DNA from: Acidobacteriota bacterium
GTDB taxonomy: Bacteria; Acidobacteriota; Terriglobia; Bryobacterales; Bryobacteraceae
Assembly (NCBI GenBank): GCA_040007195.1
Contig: JBDTVQ010000001.1
Coordinates: forward strand, 1 to 54,425
Direction: 5' to 3'
DNA length: 54,425 nt
Of the stretch, positions 7,969 through 17,932 are shown in pieces (position 1 is the first letter of the stretch; every line of letters begins with the position of its first letter). The notes under the pieces were generated by a model. It had not been told where the DNA came from and did not search any database. It saw only the letters and a list, made by a program, of their open reading frames with translations. The translations under genes and the position numbers were made by a program.

Positions 7969-9051
7969 GTGGCCCGTTTGAAAAAAATACGGCTACAGGA
8001 CATCGCCAAGGACCTCGGGCTGAGCGTGATTGCCGTATCGAAGGCACTGCGCGGGCATCTCGACATTGGTGAGCAGACGCGGAAGCGGGTGATCGAGCGG
8101 GCGCGGGAGCTCAACTACCGGCCCAATCAGCTTGCCAAGCAGTTGTTATCCGGTAGGACACGAACTATTGGGATGGTTGTGCCCTCGCTGGAAATCAACT
8201 ATTTCGCGCGTCTGGCCCACGGGGCGACTCTTCGTTTGAGGCGGGATGGCTACCATCTGATGATGTGCAATTCCGAGGGCAGCGTTGAGTTGGAAGCCGA
8301 GCTGATCGAATCGCTGCTGGCACACCGGGTGGATGGGATTGCGCTTTGTCCAACGGGGCTGGTGGCGGAACAAAGTGAGTTTCAATTTCTGATCGATAGC
8401 CGGGTGCCCTTTGTTTTGTCCGGGCGCGGCGTTCCGCCTTTTCCCACGCATTTCGTGGGGAGCGATGGAATGGCTATTGGCGAACGAGCGGTGGAGCATC
8501 TGGCCGAGCGGGGATGCCGGCGCATTGCGCATATCCAGGGTCCTTCGATTGCGGGCAGCGTGCAGCGGCGGCAGGGCTATGAACGCGCCATGCGGAAACT
8601 GGGCAAGCGGCCGCACGCCATTGTGGGAGATCGTGACGGGGTGGATGCCGGCTTTCAATACATGTCGCTTTTGTTGGATTCCCGAACGCCTCCGGACGGA
8701 GTTTTCTGTTACACGGACCTGGTGGCGGCCGGGGCTATGAAGGCGGTTCTGGATCGGGGGCTCGGTGTGCCGCAGGACGTGGCGCTGGTAGGTGTCGGCA
8801 ATCTGCTGCTTTCGGATCTGTTGCAGGTTGGGCTGAGTACGTTTGATCAGAATCCGGTGGCAATCGGCGAACAGACGGCCGAGATGTTACTTGACCTTGT
8901 TGAAGGGAAAGCGAAGGGTCCGGCCACTCGCTGTTTCGTTCCGTTTCACTTAGTGGAGCGGGAATCCACGCTTCGGCAGTCGGGCGGGGGCGCGATGCAA
9001 TCGAAGAAGAAGGCGGCCGTGGTTCGGATGCCCTCGGCCGCCAGATCGTAA
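7969..9051 (+). CDS. LacI family transcriptional regulator
   Basis: The N-terminal HTH is KKIRLQDIAKDLGLSVIAVSKALRGH...TRKRVIERARELNYRPNQLAKQL, followed by a periplasmic-binding-like sugar-sensor fold. The start was chosen at GTG 7969 rather than the ORF-track start 7726, whose extra 81 aa are Arg-rich and unlike LacI proteins. Confidence 0.85.
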   Translation: MARLKKIRLQDIAKDLGLSVIAVSKALRGHLDIGEQTRKRVIERARELNYRPNQLAKQLLSGRTRTIGMVVPSLEINYFARLAHGATLRLRRDGYHLMMCNSEGSVELEAELIESLLAHRVDGIALCPTGLVAEQSEFQFLIDSRVPFVLSGRGVPPFPTHFVGSDGMAIGERAVEHLAERGCRRIAHIQGPSIAGSVQRRQGYERAMRKLGKRPHAIVGDRDGVDAGFQYMSLLLDSRTPPDGVFCYTDLVAAGAMKAVLDRGLGVPQDVALVGVGNLLLSDLLQVGLSTFDQNPVAIGEQTAEMLLDLVEGKAKGPATRCFVPFHLVERESTLRQSGGGAMQSKKKAAVVRMPSAARS

Positions 9052-9107
9052 GAGAGCCTGGGCGAGATAGAGCCTGTTTGGGCACCAACATACTTGACGC
9101 AACCACT

Positions 9108-9338
9108 CTAGTCTGTGCTGCTGAGGTCGCCGATCTCGGGTAGTTTTGCGCCACACCATGGGCAGTACCTTATCTCGATGAAAGACGAACCGCCGTCGTG
9201 AACCACAAGACCGTATCCGCCGTTAACAAAGGCGACCAAGGCGTCTGGACAGTCAGAACGATCCTCGTGGATGTCGCACTTCTGGTTGAGGTCGTATTCC
9301 ATCCGGTCACAGCAATGCTTGCTCATTCGTTCTCTCAC
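9108..9338 (-). CDS. Small cysteine-rich protein (DUF6980-like)
   Basis: The pattern is HCCDRM...KCDIHEDRSDCPDALV...GYGLVVHDGGSSFIEIRYCPWCGAKL. The family name is from memory. The start could be M1 or M5. Confidence 0.6.
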   Translation of the reverse strand: MRERMSKHCCDRMEYDLNQKCDIHEDRSDCPDALVAFVNGGYGLVVHDGGSSFIEIRYCPWCGAKLPEIGDLSSTD

Positions 9339-9405
9339 TGCTTGGTTGTGTCAAGTATATCGTTGCCCCTGTTTGAGATAGAGCCTGGGCGAGCCAGACT
9401 GCAAG

Positions 9406-11994
9406 CTACGGCAGCGTGACCCACACGGGCGAACTCCAGGCCATGTTGCCGTCGGCCTGCTCAATCCGCACGTAATAGTAATTCGCTCCCGAGCTCGGGT
9501 TTGTGTCGCGGTAACTCAGAGATACTTCCTGTTGTTTGGGTTCGGTTTGCAGGACGTAGTTTCCATTGCGGATGATACTCACTTTGGCGATCGTGCCTGT
9601 GCCTCGAGCCTTTACGCGAAACTCCGGCACCTTTGCCGCCGTAAACTCCTCACCCATGAAATGGCTGCCGCCCCAGAATTCGAGCAGGATGTTGTCGGTG
9701 GCGGCATAGGTTTTCCGCTGGCGGATGGCTTCGATCACGCCGGCGCGCGTCGGATCGCCGCTGAACACGAGCGCGAAGGAGACGTGGGTGGAAGAGTGGT
9801 CGGAGCTGCCAATGACGCCGATGCGCACGCCTTTCTCCCAGGCCTTCCAGATGAATCCCTGGGGGTGGTATTCCTGGCTCTCTTTGACGCCGGGGGGAGG
9901 CTTGAGGCTGCCGGGCGCGCCTTCGTGTTCGTAGGCGGCGCGGGCGCCCTGAAACAACTCGGCCACGGGCTGCACCTTTTCGTCCGTGTCCTTCCAGTCG
10001 TTGCCCTGACTGGTGGCGAGCGTATGAGGAATGGCAATGCCGCCGGTTTTGCGGACGGCATCGAAGAGCCGGACCGTGTCGTCGTCCACCAGGTCGCCGG
10101 CAATGGTCGCGTAGGTGGACCAATGCTCGGGAATATCGGCCCGGAAAAACAACCTCACGACGGGAAGGTTGCGTGTGGCGTGAATGATGTTCTTGTGGCC
10201 AAAGGGCCAATGTGGGGTGCGTTCGTAGCCAAACAGGGAAAGGTAGCGGCCGGGCACTTGATGGAGGTCGGTTACCTTTTGGATGAGCCACCACCAGTAT
10301 TCGTAGTCGCCGCCGGCGCTGTGGTCGGTGATGGCGCCGTAGTCCATGGAGGCGGAATCGAGCATATAGCGGAAGAAGTCGAGAATGGAACCGTCGCTGC
10401 GGCCCCCGCCATCGGTGGAGAGCTCGGTGTGGCGGTGGAGGTCGCCTTTGAACAGATGGTGGGGGGTGCCTGCGATGTTCACCACCTGGGCGCGCAGGCT
10501 GCGGACATCGGTCGTTTCGGTGGCCGGGCTGAGATCCACTACGGGCAGCTTGGGTTCCACGGCAGGGACGAATTTGTACGGTGGAGGGAGACGGGCGTGC
10601 GTAAGCACACAGCTCCAGATCTGATCTTGCCGGGGGATATGAGGTTGCTCGAGCTGGCGGGCGTCGGTGTGCCAGAACGTCCAAAACTGACCGTTGGGGG
10701 CGGGCGCCGCGGCCATGGTGGAGCTGATACGGTCGCGGCTATTGGGCAACTCGGATGCGGCAAGCCATGAATCGCCGTCGTAGAGGGTGGCGAAGGTACT
10801 CCAGTAGGCGCGCGTTCCCGCTGTGTTCGGGGTTGTGTCGCTGTCGACGGCCCAGGTCCAGGTTGCATCCACGGAAGTCATGCGGCGAAATAGGAGCCAG
10901 ACGCGGCCTTGGAGATCGCAGTACAGGCGCGGCGCCTGCATGGTTTTTGAAGCGGCGGGACCGAGGCTGGTGGTGACATCTTTGGCCGGCTGCATCCAAC
11001 GCCCGCTGTCCCAAATGCGGACGCGTACGTCGCGGCGGGAACCGATGTTGGTGCCGGTTTGCTTGAGGCCGAAGGTGCGTCCGCCAAAGTCCTTCGCCCA
11101 GTTGACGCCAATGTCTTCGAAGGCGATCCAGAGCTTGTCCTGGCGGTCGTACACCGCCGAGGCGCTGCGTTCGCCGGAGAGAGAATTGGCCACGGGAATT
11201 TCGGGTCCGAATTCACCGCCGCGGAGAGTGCGCATGAAGACGTCGTAGTTGCCGGAGCGATAGGAATCCCAGACGACGGTGACGTTGCCGGCGGAATCGG
11301 CCGCGACGCTGGGCGACCAGTCATTAGCGGGATCGGAGGTGACCTGCATGGGTTCCGACCAGACGCCGTTGCGGCAGGAGCGAAGGAAGATATCAGACTG
11401 TCCATCGCGGAAACCCTGCCAGGCGACCCAGATGGTACCGGAGCGGTCGGCGATGACGTGGTGATTGATATCCGGCTGGGGGTTGTCGGTGAGGCGGATG
11501 GGTCCGGTCCAGTGGTTGCCATCCATGCGGGCGGCATAGAGATCCCAGTTCGGGTGTTCGGGATCCGAGTTGGGATAGCCGACCAGTTGAGACCAGATGA
11601 ACCAGGGCTTGCCATCGCCTCCGACGGCCACCTGCGGCAGCCAGACATCGCCGCTCACGCCAGGGATGGGGAAGGCGCTGTACCAGGTGCGGCCGCTGTA
11701 GCGGCGCACGTGCAGTTCTTCGTACAAACCGCTATAGGAAGCCCATACGGCCCATATGTCGCCGTTCGGAGCGGCGGCAGCCGAGGGGAAGTCGTTGTGC
11801 CGCGCGGGATCGCCGAGAGGGGCGATGCCCGACATCCATGCCACGCGCGCTCCGGGAGCGAGGTCGCCGAGGGCCGGGCCGGGCGAATTGGGAACGTTCA
11901 TCTCGCGCGGGGTTACCTGGGCGAGCATCAGCGTGGAGGGAAGGACGACGAGCGCAACGCCGAGGCAGTACTTCACGCATTCACTAGGAGACAT
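9406..11994 (-). CDS. Secreted beta-propeller + PHP/CehA-McbA-like metallohydrolase fusion protein (862 aa)
   Basis: A signal peptide is followed by repeated W-rich blades (IWAVWASY.., PWFIWSQL.., IWVAWQGFRDGQSDIFL, VTVVWDSYRSGNYDVFM, LWIAFED). The C-terminal half has DLHRHTELSTDGGG and AITDHS metal-binding motifs and the tail YYYVRIEQADGNMAWSSPVWV. Confidence 0.7.
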   Translation of the reverse strand: MSPSECVKYCLGVALVVLPSTLMLAQVTPREMNVPNSPGPALGDLAPGARVAWMSGIAPLGDPARHNDFPSAAAAPNGDIWAVWASYSGLYEELHVRRYSGRTWYSAFPIPGVSGDVWLPQVAVGGDGKPWFIWSQLVGYPNSDPEHPNWDLYAARMDGNHWTGPIRLTDNPQPDINHHVIADRSGTIWVAWQGFRDGQSDIFLRSCRNGVWSEPMQVTSDPANDWSPSVAADSAGNVTVVWDSYRSGNYDVFMRTLRGGEFGPEIPVANSLSGERSASAVYDRQDKLWIAFEDIGVNWAKDFGGRTFGLKQTGTNIGSRRDVRVRIWDSGRWMQPAKDVTTSLGPAASKTMQAPRLYCDLQGRVWLLFRRMTSVDATWTWAVDSDTTPNTAGTRAYWSTFATLYDGDSWLAASELPNSRDRISSTMAAAPAPNGQFWTFWHTDARQLEQPHIPRQDQIWSCVLTHARLPPPYKFVPAVEPKLPVVDLSPATETTDVRSLRAQVVNIAGTPHHLFKGDLHRHTELSTDGGGRSDGSILDFFRYMLDSASMDYGAITDHSAGGDYEYWWWLIQKVTDLHQVPGRYLSLFGYERTPHWPFGHKNIIHATRNLPVVRLFFRADIPEHWSTYATIAGDLVDDDTVRLFDAVRKTGGIAIPHTLATSQGNDWKDTDEKVQPVAELFQGARAAYEHEGAPGSLKPPPGVKESQEYHPQGFIWKAWEKGVRIGVIGSSDHSSTHVSFALVFSGDPTRAGVIEAIRQRKTYAATDNILLEFWGGSHFMGEEFTAAKVPEFRVKARGTGTIAKVSIIRNGNYVLQTEPKQQEVSLSYRDTNPSSGANYYYVRIEQADGNMAWSSPVWVTLP

Positions 11995-12045
11995 GATTCA
12001 CGATGGCTTTCCTCAAAGTATCGATTTCAGCACCGATTGCCCAGG

Positions 12046-12073
12046 CACGGGATTCGAATGTACAAATCCCGTG
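12046..12073 (-). terminator. Hairpin just downstream of the TonB-dependent receptor gene (9-bp stem CACGGGATT/AATCCCGTG)
   Basis: A perfect 9-bp inverted repeat with a 10-nt loop lies 10 nt after the stop codon. There is no clear U-tract, so it may be an attenuator or processing site rather than a full terminator. Confidence 0.35.
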
Positions 12074-12082
12074 TTGAGGCCA

Positions 12083-15000
12083 CTAAAAGTAAATCTTCAA
12101 TCCAAATTGAATCTGGCGGGGAGAGTTGGCTTGGGTGCTAATGACACCGAAGGTGCCGACGTTCGCGGCCACGCCAGGAAGCCCGAAATTGGGGGTGTTG
12201 GTGAGGTTGAAGAACTCAGCCCGAAATTCCACGTAGCGGCGCTCGCCGAAGGGGAAATTCTTGAATAGGGAAAAGTCAACGCCTTTGGTGCCGGGCGCGC
12301 GGACATTGGGCAGAGTGCGCGGAGCATTGCCGAGCGTGAACGGGGCGGGTTGAGCAAACGCGGCGGTGTTGAACCAACGCTGGAGCTTTTCGGAAGTAGA
12401 GCGGCTGCCGCTCAACGCCGCGTCGCCCACCACATTCGGGCGCTCCAGGGCGGAATACAAGCCGCTGGTATTCGCCGCGGTGAGCGCGAGCGGAACACCG
12501 GTGCCCACCGTGAAGATGCCGTTGATCTGCCAGTTGCCAGCGACCTGATTCAGCCAGCCCGGCCAGCCGCTGCCCACGGCTTTCTTACTTCCGAAGGGAA
12601 GCTCATAGAGGCCGCTGAGGACGAGAAACTGACTGACGTCCTGGGGTGAGACGGCTCGTTCGGCGCGCCGGTAGTAGGCATCCTGGTGTCCGGAGTCAAC
12701 GCCGCCGGTGCCGACGCCTTCGCTATCGTCGATCAGCTTGCCGGCGGTGTAGGACATTAGGAAGGACGCCGACTTGCCGAACTCGCGCTGAACTCGCATC
12801 TGGAACGCGTGGTAGCTGGAACTGGCCGAAGTGGGCCGGTAGTTGGTGACAGAGGTGTACTGCGGGAAGGGCCGGAGCAACTGTCCGCGGGCGACCTGAG
12901 CGGAGGCAAGCGCGCCATTTTTGATCAGGCCGAAGAACGGGTTGGCGACAAGCTGCTGGAGTGAACTTCCGAGGGAGAGATTGTCGGTAGTGAGCTGATT
13001 CATCTCCCAGCCGCCGTCTACGAGCCGAGATCCTTTGTTTCCGACGTAGGCGGGCTCTATTACGATCCGGCCGGGGAGTTCGTGCTGCAAGTGGAAATTC
13101 CACTGCTGAACGTAGGAGGAATGGATGGAGCCGCGGTCAATGGCGGTGGTCATTGCCTGGCCGACGTTGGTGAGCAGGCCCAAGCTGCTGCCGCTGGGCT
13201 GAAGAAGGCCGGTGGGGTAGGGATTGCTGAGCAAGTTGGTCGGGGTAAGACCATCGATGGAGCCGACCCAGGCGGTCTGAGTGGAGAAGCCTTCGGTGCC
13301 GGTTGCGTTGCCCGCCGCCTGGCCGATGTAGGGCAGGTAGAAGATGCCGTAGCCGCCCCGGAGCACTGTCTTGGGATTGATGGAATAGGCGAAGCCAAAA
13401 CGCGGGCCGATGTTTTTCCAACTGGTGGGATATTGGCTGTTGGCGGTGGAGCCTTGGGCACGTACGCCTCCTTTAAGACCGGCCAATCCAGAGGGGCCGG
13501 CGAGGGGGGAGGGTGCGTCATAGTCGAACCATGCGAGTTGGCCGAAGCGGTCCTTCTTGCCGGTTTCGATCTCGTAGCGAAGGCCGAAATTGAGGGTGAG
13601 CCGCGAAGTGGCCTTGAAGTCGTCCTGGACGTAGAGTCCGGTGTAGAGATTCGAGGTGTAGATACTCGGCAGGTTGGCGACGTAGCCGCCGCCGGCGCCG
13701 AGAAGAAAGCTGGCGATGCTGTTGCCCAGGTTGCCGGCCGCAACGTTGGGGTTGGGCCCCTGCGTGAAGCCGCGGCTGAATTGATAGAGGCCGCTCGTAT
13801 AGAGCTTGAGGCTGGAACCGATGTGGTTCAGGCGTTGATCGAGACCGAACTTGAGCGAGTGCCGGCCGGCGATCCAGGTGGCGCTCGCGGCGAGCGAATA
13901 GGTTTGAAAAGTTTCCAGCGGCGAGGCATAGTTCTGGCCCAAGCCGTTGTAGCCGTCAAACGTAAAAGAGGGGAATGCCAACGGGTGCAGCACCTGCGAT
14001 TCGAGCGAGGAGGGGAAGCCCAGGCTGGAGAACGTGAATCCGTCCGGAACCACCGGAGGCGAATCCTGGCTGACGGTGCTGAAGCCTGCTCTCACGTTGA
14101 ATATGAGATTGGCGCGCTGGATGCGTGTATAGTCCAGCCGCGCGCTCCAACTGGGGATTTTGAATCCGGCGCTTTGAAAATCGGTGTAGGCGATATTTTG
14201 ATACTGATTGGCACTGGTTTGGGTGGACTTGCGGTAGCTGAGGCCGGCGAACAGGCGGTCTGACGCGGTGGGTGCGTAGTCCACCTTGGTGTCCACCTGA
14301 TTCACGTTGAACTTAGCAGTGCCGGAGGAAAAGAAGTTGTTCACGCCGCTGCAGGCGGCGCCCGGAAGATTCGCTTGGGGAAAGAAGGCGGATACCTTGG
14401 ACGCGACGGGATTGATGCGGTTGGAGGGTACGACGTTGCCGGGCAGAGGATCGCGCACGGATCCGCTTCCGGTTGGCGCCGGGCGGGTGCTCATCGGATC
14501 GTACAGCATGACGGGGAGGCACTGCGCCCCGACGAGTTGGGTGGATTGAGAGAAATCACCGGCGAGCTGGCGGGAGGTGGGCATGGTGCCGGCAAGGGTG
14601 GCGGCGGTGCCCTGGCGCAGGCCCTCATAGTTCACGAAGAAGAAGGCCTTGTCGCGCACAATGGGGCCGCCGCCGGCAAAACCGAACTGGCTTCGTTTGA
14701 AGGAAGGAAGCTTGGCGCCGGAGCGATTGGCGAAGAAGTTGTTCGAGTCGAGCTTGCTATTGCGGAGGAATTCGTAGACGACGCCTTGAAACTGGTTGGT
14801 GCCGGAGCGCATAACCATGTTGATGACGCCGCCACCGGTGCGGCCATATTCGGCGGCATAAGCGTTTGTCTGAACCTTAAACTCCTGGATGGCATCGGGA
14901 GAAGGAAAGACCGCATACGAGAGGAAGCTGTTGCTGGCGGGCGGTGAGTTGCTGACACCGTCGATGAACACGTCGTTCATGTTGGACCGGCCGCCATTGA

Positions 15001-15544
15001 TGCGGAACGAACTTGCGCGGTTGAACTGGTCCGAGAAGTTCGGGCTCGGCGTAAAGCCGGGAACGAGGTAGACGAAGCGCAGGGGATTTCGCGAGTTGAG
15101 CGGGAGGTTGCGGATCTGGCTGGAGCTGACGACGGTGCCCAGCGCGGCGTTTCCGCTTTCGACGGTGGGAGCTTCGGCGCGCACTTCGACTGAATCGCTG
15201 ACGTTGCCCACTTCGAGTTGAACATCGATACGGGCCACCTGATCGACGAGCAAGGTGATGCCGGTGCGGCTGCTGGCGCGGAATCCTTCCTTGGAAACGG
15301 CCAGCCGGTATTCACCCGGCGGCAGTATCGCGAGCGTGTAATACCCGCTGTCATTGGTCTCAGTCTTTCGTATCAGCCCAGTTCCGGTATTCGTGATGAC
15401 CACCTCGACGGAGGGGACGACCGCGCCCGAAGCGTCGGTGACGCGGCCGGTGACTTGGGCAGTAGGGGTTTGGGCCGAGAGGGTGAACAGCGTGGCGAGA
15501 CCCGAAGCGAGCAGCACGCGCAAACATTGGCGAGTACGATACAT
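12083..15544 (-). CDS. TonB-dependent receptor with N-terminal carboxypeptidase-regulatory-like domain
   Basis: A signal peptide is followed by VTGRVTDASGAVVPSVEVVITNTGTGLIRKTETNDSGYYTLAILPPGEYRLAVSKEGF, a plug region (NLPLNSRNPL) and a long beta-barrel. It ends in the aromatic ...FGLKIYF. Confidence 0.9.
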   Translation of the reverse strand: MYRTRQCLRVLLASGLATLFTLSAQTPTAQVTGRVTDASGAVVPSVEVVITNTGTGLIRKTETNDSGYYTLAILPPGEYRLAVSKEGFRASSRTGITLLVDQVARIDVQLEVGNVSDSVEVRAEAPTVESGNAALGTVVSSSQIRNLPLNSRNPLRFVYLVPGFTPSPNFSDQFNRASSFRINGGRSNMNDVFIDGVSNSPPASNSFLSYAVFPSPDAIQEFKVQTNAYAAEYGRTGGGVINMVMRSGTNQFQGVVYEFLRNSKLDSNNFFANRSGAKLPSFKRSQFGFAGGGPIVRDKAFFFVNYEGLRQGTAATLAGTMPTSRQLAGDFSQSTQLVGAQCLPVMLYDPMSTRPAPTGSGSVRDPLPGNVVPSNRINPVASKVSAFFPQANLPGAACSGVNNFFSSGTAKFNVNQVDTKVDYAPTASDRLFAGLSYRKSTQTSANQYQNIAYTDFQSAGFKIPSWSARLDYTRIQRANLIFNVRAGFSTVSQDSPPVVPDGFTFSSLGFPSSLESQVLHPLAFPSFTFDGYNGLGQNYASPLETFQTYSLAASATWIAGRHSLKFGLDQRLNHIGSSLKLYTSGLYQFSRGFTQGPNPNVAAGNLGNSIASFLLGAGGGYVANLPSIYTSNLYTGLYVQDDFKATSRLTLNFGLRYEIETGKKDRFGQLAWFDYDAPSPLAGPSGLAGLKGGVRAQGSTANSQYPTSWKNIGPRFGFAYSINPKTVLRGGYGIFYLPYIGQAAGNATGTEGFSTQTAWVGSIDGLTPTNLLSNPYPTGLLQPSGSSLGLLTNVGQAMTTAIDRGSIHSSYVQQWNFHLQHELPGRIVIEPAYVGNKGSRLVDGGWEMNQLTTDNLSLGSSLQQLVANPFFGLIKNGALASAQVARGQLLRPFPQYTSVTNYRPTSASSSYHAFQMRVQREFGKSASFLMSYTAGKLIDDSEGVGTGGVDSGHQDAYYRRAERAVSPQDVSQFLVLSGLYELPFGSKKAVGSGWPGWLNQVAGNWQINGIFTVGTGVPLALTAANTSGLYSALERPNVVGDAALSGSRSTSEKLQRWFNTAAFAQPAPFTLGNAPRTLPNVRAPGTKGVDFSLFKNFPFGERRYVEFRAEFFNLTNTPNFGLPGVAANVGTFGVISTQANSPRQIQFGLKIYF

Positions 15545-15927
15545 GAGAACAGCTCCTCATCCTAAGAGATGTCCCGGGAGCATATCATAGGCCCAAGTGT
15601 GATACAAGACCGTATTTGCCAAACTGTAAGGATAAAGTAAAGCGCCTGGCTCGACAGCGAAACTCCCCGCCGCGCCGCCATTCCGGTCGACGACCCCGCT
15701 CAGATTGGGGGAGGCCGCGCGGACAGGGAGGAATTCGACAAGCACCCGAGCCGATGCGCCAGGGGAGTGGGCCAGGCATCGGGTCTTGGCCGGCTGGTGG
15801 CGCAACCCGCCACGGCGGTTTAGTTTTACTCAGTCCTTGACATAGAACATGCTTGCGAGCAAGGATTGATCCGTCGCGCAGCTTCATAGCTTCCGAGATT
15901 CAGACCAGACACGGCAAGAGGACAAAT

Positions 15928-17079
15928 ATGGAAATCTCTCGACACAGGACTTTCCTTCTTTCAGCGGTTATCGCGGCCTTGCTGCCGGCGGCCGCCGTTT
16001 CGCAAGAGGCCAAGCAGGCAGCTCCTGGGAGTGCCCTGATGTACGTCGGCCCATACACCAGGCAAGAGAGCAAGGGGATTTATGTCTACCGGTATGCGGG
16101 GGCGAGTGGAGAGCTGACGCCGATCGGCTTGGCGGCAGAGTCCAAAAATCCTTCGTGGCTCCTGACGCATTTCAACGGACGTTTCCTTTATGCGGCGAAT
16201 GAGAGCGAGCGCACGGTCAGCGCCTTTTCCATCAATGCTGAGACCGGTCAGCTGACGCTGCTCAATCAGGTCCGCTCCGGAGGAAGCAGTCCTTGCCACC
16301 TGGTCCTGGAGAAGACCGGGAAGTACTTGATGGTCGCCAACTATGGAAACGGAAGCGTGGCTTCGTTTCCGGTAAACAAAGACGGCAGTTTGGGTGAGGT
16401 GGCCGCGCTGATCCAGCACTCGGGCAAGAGCATTGGCAGCCGCCAGCGAGGCCCCCATGCGCACGCGGTGGTGTTGTCTCCAGATCATCGCTTCCTCTTC
16501 GTTCCCGACCTCGGTCTCGACCAAGTGTTTTCCTATGCACTCGACGCGACCAACGGTGCGCTCACTCCAACAGCGCAACGCTTCGCCAAAGTCACTCAAG
16601 GATCGGGTCCGCGCCACATGGCCTTTCATCCGAACGGACGCTTCGCCTACGTGAATAGTGAAATGGGATCGTTGGTGACGGCGTTTACTTATGACGCCGA
16701 GAACGGCGCTCTGACTCAGATTCAGGTGAACTCGACGATTCCCGCGGGTTTCACCGGAGAGAACAACACCGCTGAAATCGGCGTTCATCCGAACGGGCGA
16801 TTTCTCTACGTCTCGAACCGGGGCCACGACACGATCGCTGTTTTTGAGGTGAATCCCGGCACCGGAATGCTCAAATTCGTCGAGCACACGCCGACACAAG
16901 GAAAGATTCCCCGAAGCTTCGCAATCGATCCGACGGGGCAATTCCTTTTTGTCGCCAACCAGGAAACCGACAACATCGTTCAGTACAAAATCGACCAGAA
17001 CACGGGCCGCCTCGCACCGACCGGCAGGGCCGTCACAGTGGATGCGCCTGTGTCATTGGAATTCCTGACCGCCAAGTAG
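15928..17079 (+). CDS. Lactonase family 7-bladed beta-propeller protein (6-phosphogluconolactonase-like)
   Basis: A signal peptide is followed by YVGPYT...GIYVY, NPSWLLTHFNGRFLYAANE, GSGPRHMAFHPNGRFAYVNSEMGSLVTAF and PRSFAIDPTGQFLFVANQETDNIVQY. The start was set at ATG 15928. Confidence 0.8.
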   Translation: MEISRHRTFLLSAVIAALLPAAAVSQEAKQAAPGSALMYVGPYTRQESKGIYVYRYAGASGELTPIGLAAESKNPSWLLTHFNGRFLYAANESERTVSAFSINAETGQLTLLNQVRSGGSSPCHLVLEKTGKYLMVANYGNGSVASFPVNKDGSLGEVAALIQHSGKSIGSRQRGPHAHAVVLSPDHRFLFVPDLGLDQVFSYALDATNGALTPTAQRFAKVTQGSGPRHMAFHPNGRFAYVNSEMGSLVTAFTYDAENGALTQIQVNSTIPAGFTGENNTAEIGVHPNGRFLYVSNRGHDTIAVFEVNPGTGMLKFVEHTPTQGKIPRSFAIDPTGQFLFVANQETDNIVQYKIDQNTGRLAPTGRAVTVDAPVSLEFLTAK

Positions 17080-17098
17080 CAGTTACAAGGAGAGAATT

Positions 17099-17932
17099 GT
17101 GCAGAACATTACCAGACGATCAGCCGTATGGGGAATGGCGCTTGCCGCGACTTCGACGGCGTTAGCCAGACAGAAAGCTACGGCATTCGGTCTCATCGGC
17201 GACCGGTATCACAACTCGGACTACGCCCGAGTTGGGCTGACCCGCACCATCACCAAGGAACACGGCGTTTCGGTCGACTTCACAGACGATACGAGCATGC
17301 TGACGGCGGAGACGTTGGAAGGCTACAAGCTTCTGATCATCCTTCGGGACGGTATGAGCTGGCCGAACGGATACAGCAACGAGAGCACGAACGCCGCCTG
17401 GGCCGGTGGCGGAAAGCCGGAGCTGGTTTCCGATCCGCCGGTGAATCTGGGGCGGCCGGAAGCGGAGTTTTGGATGAAACCGGAACAGGGAAAAGCAGTG
17501 CACGAGTTCGTGGAGAACGGCGGCAGTGCACTGTTCCTTCACAATGTTACTCATGTCGGTCTCACAGACCCCAACTTCCGCAAGGTCCTCGGTGCAGGCT
17601 ACGCGGGACATCCTCCGATTCGCACTTACAAGGCGAAAATCACCAACCTCGATCATCCGATCACAAAAGGCGTGAATGACTTCGTTGTTACCGATGAGCA
17701 GCACTACATGGAGTACGACAAGGATCGGAAGTACATCTTCATGGAGACGGTGAACGCCGAAGGCCTTGACTACCGTGGTCAGGGAGCAACGGCGCCTGGC
17801 GGCTGGGCCTATGACTACGGAAAGGGCCGCGTCTGCTACCTGTCGCCGGGGCACCTGCTGACCGTTCTGTGGAATCCCGAGTTAATCAAACTGCACAAGA
17901 ACGCAGTCCGCTGGCTGTTAAGACAAAGTTAG
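17099..17932 (+). CDS. ThuA domain-containing protein (Tat signal)
   Basis: The leader is TRRSAVWGMALAATSTALA. Motifs are LIILRDGMSW, ALFLHN, HPITKGVNDFVVTDEQHY and CYLSPGH. A good SD (AAGGAGAG) precedes the GTG start. Confidence 0.75.
   Translation: MQNITRRSAVWGMALAATSTALARQKATAFGLIGDRYHNSDYARVGLTRTITKEHGVSVDFTDDTSMLTAETLEGYKLLIILRDGMSWPNGYSNESTNAAWAGGGKPELVSDPPVNLGRPEAEFWMKPEQGKAVHEFVENGGSALFLHNVTHVGLTDPNFRKVLGAGYAGHPPIRTYKAKITNLDHPITKGVNDFVVTDEQHYMEYDKDRKYIFMETVNAEGLDYRGQGATAPGGWAYDYGKGRVCYLSPGHLLTVLWNPELIKLHKNAVRWLLRQS

Noticed and set aside
15836-15875. A TTGACA hexamer and the CTTGC-GA-GCAAG mini-palindrome upstream of the lactonase gene as promoter/operator
   Set aside because: No acceptable -10 element lies at the right spacing, and the palindrome has only 5-bp arms. 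This is chance-level evidence.
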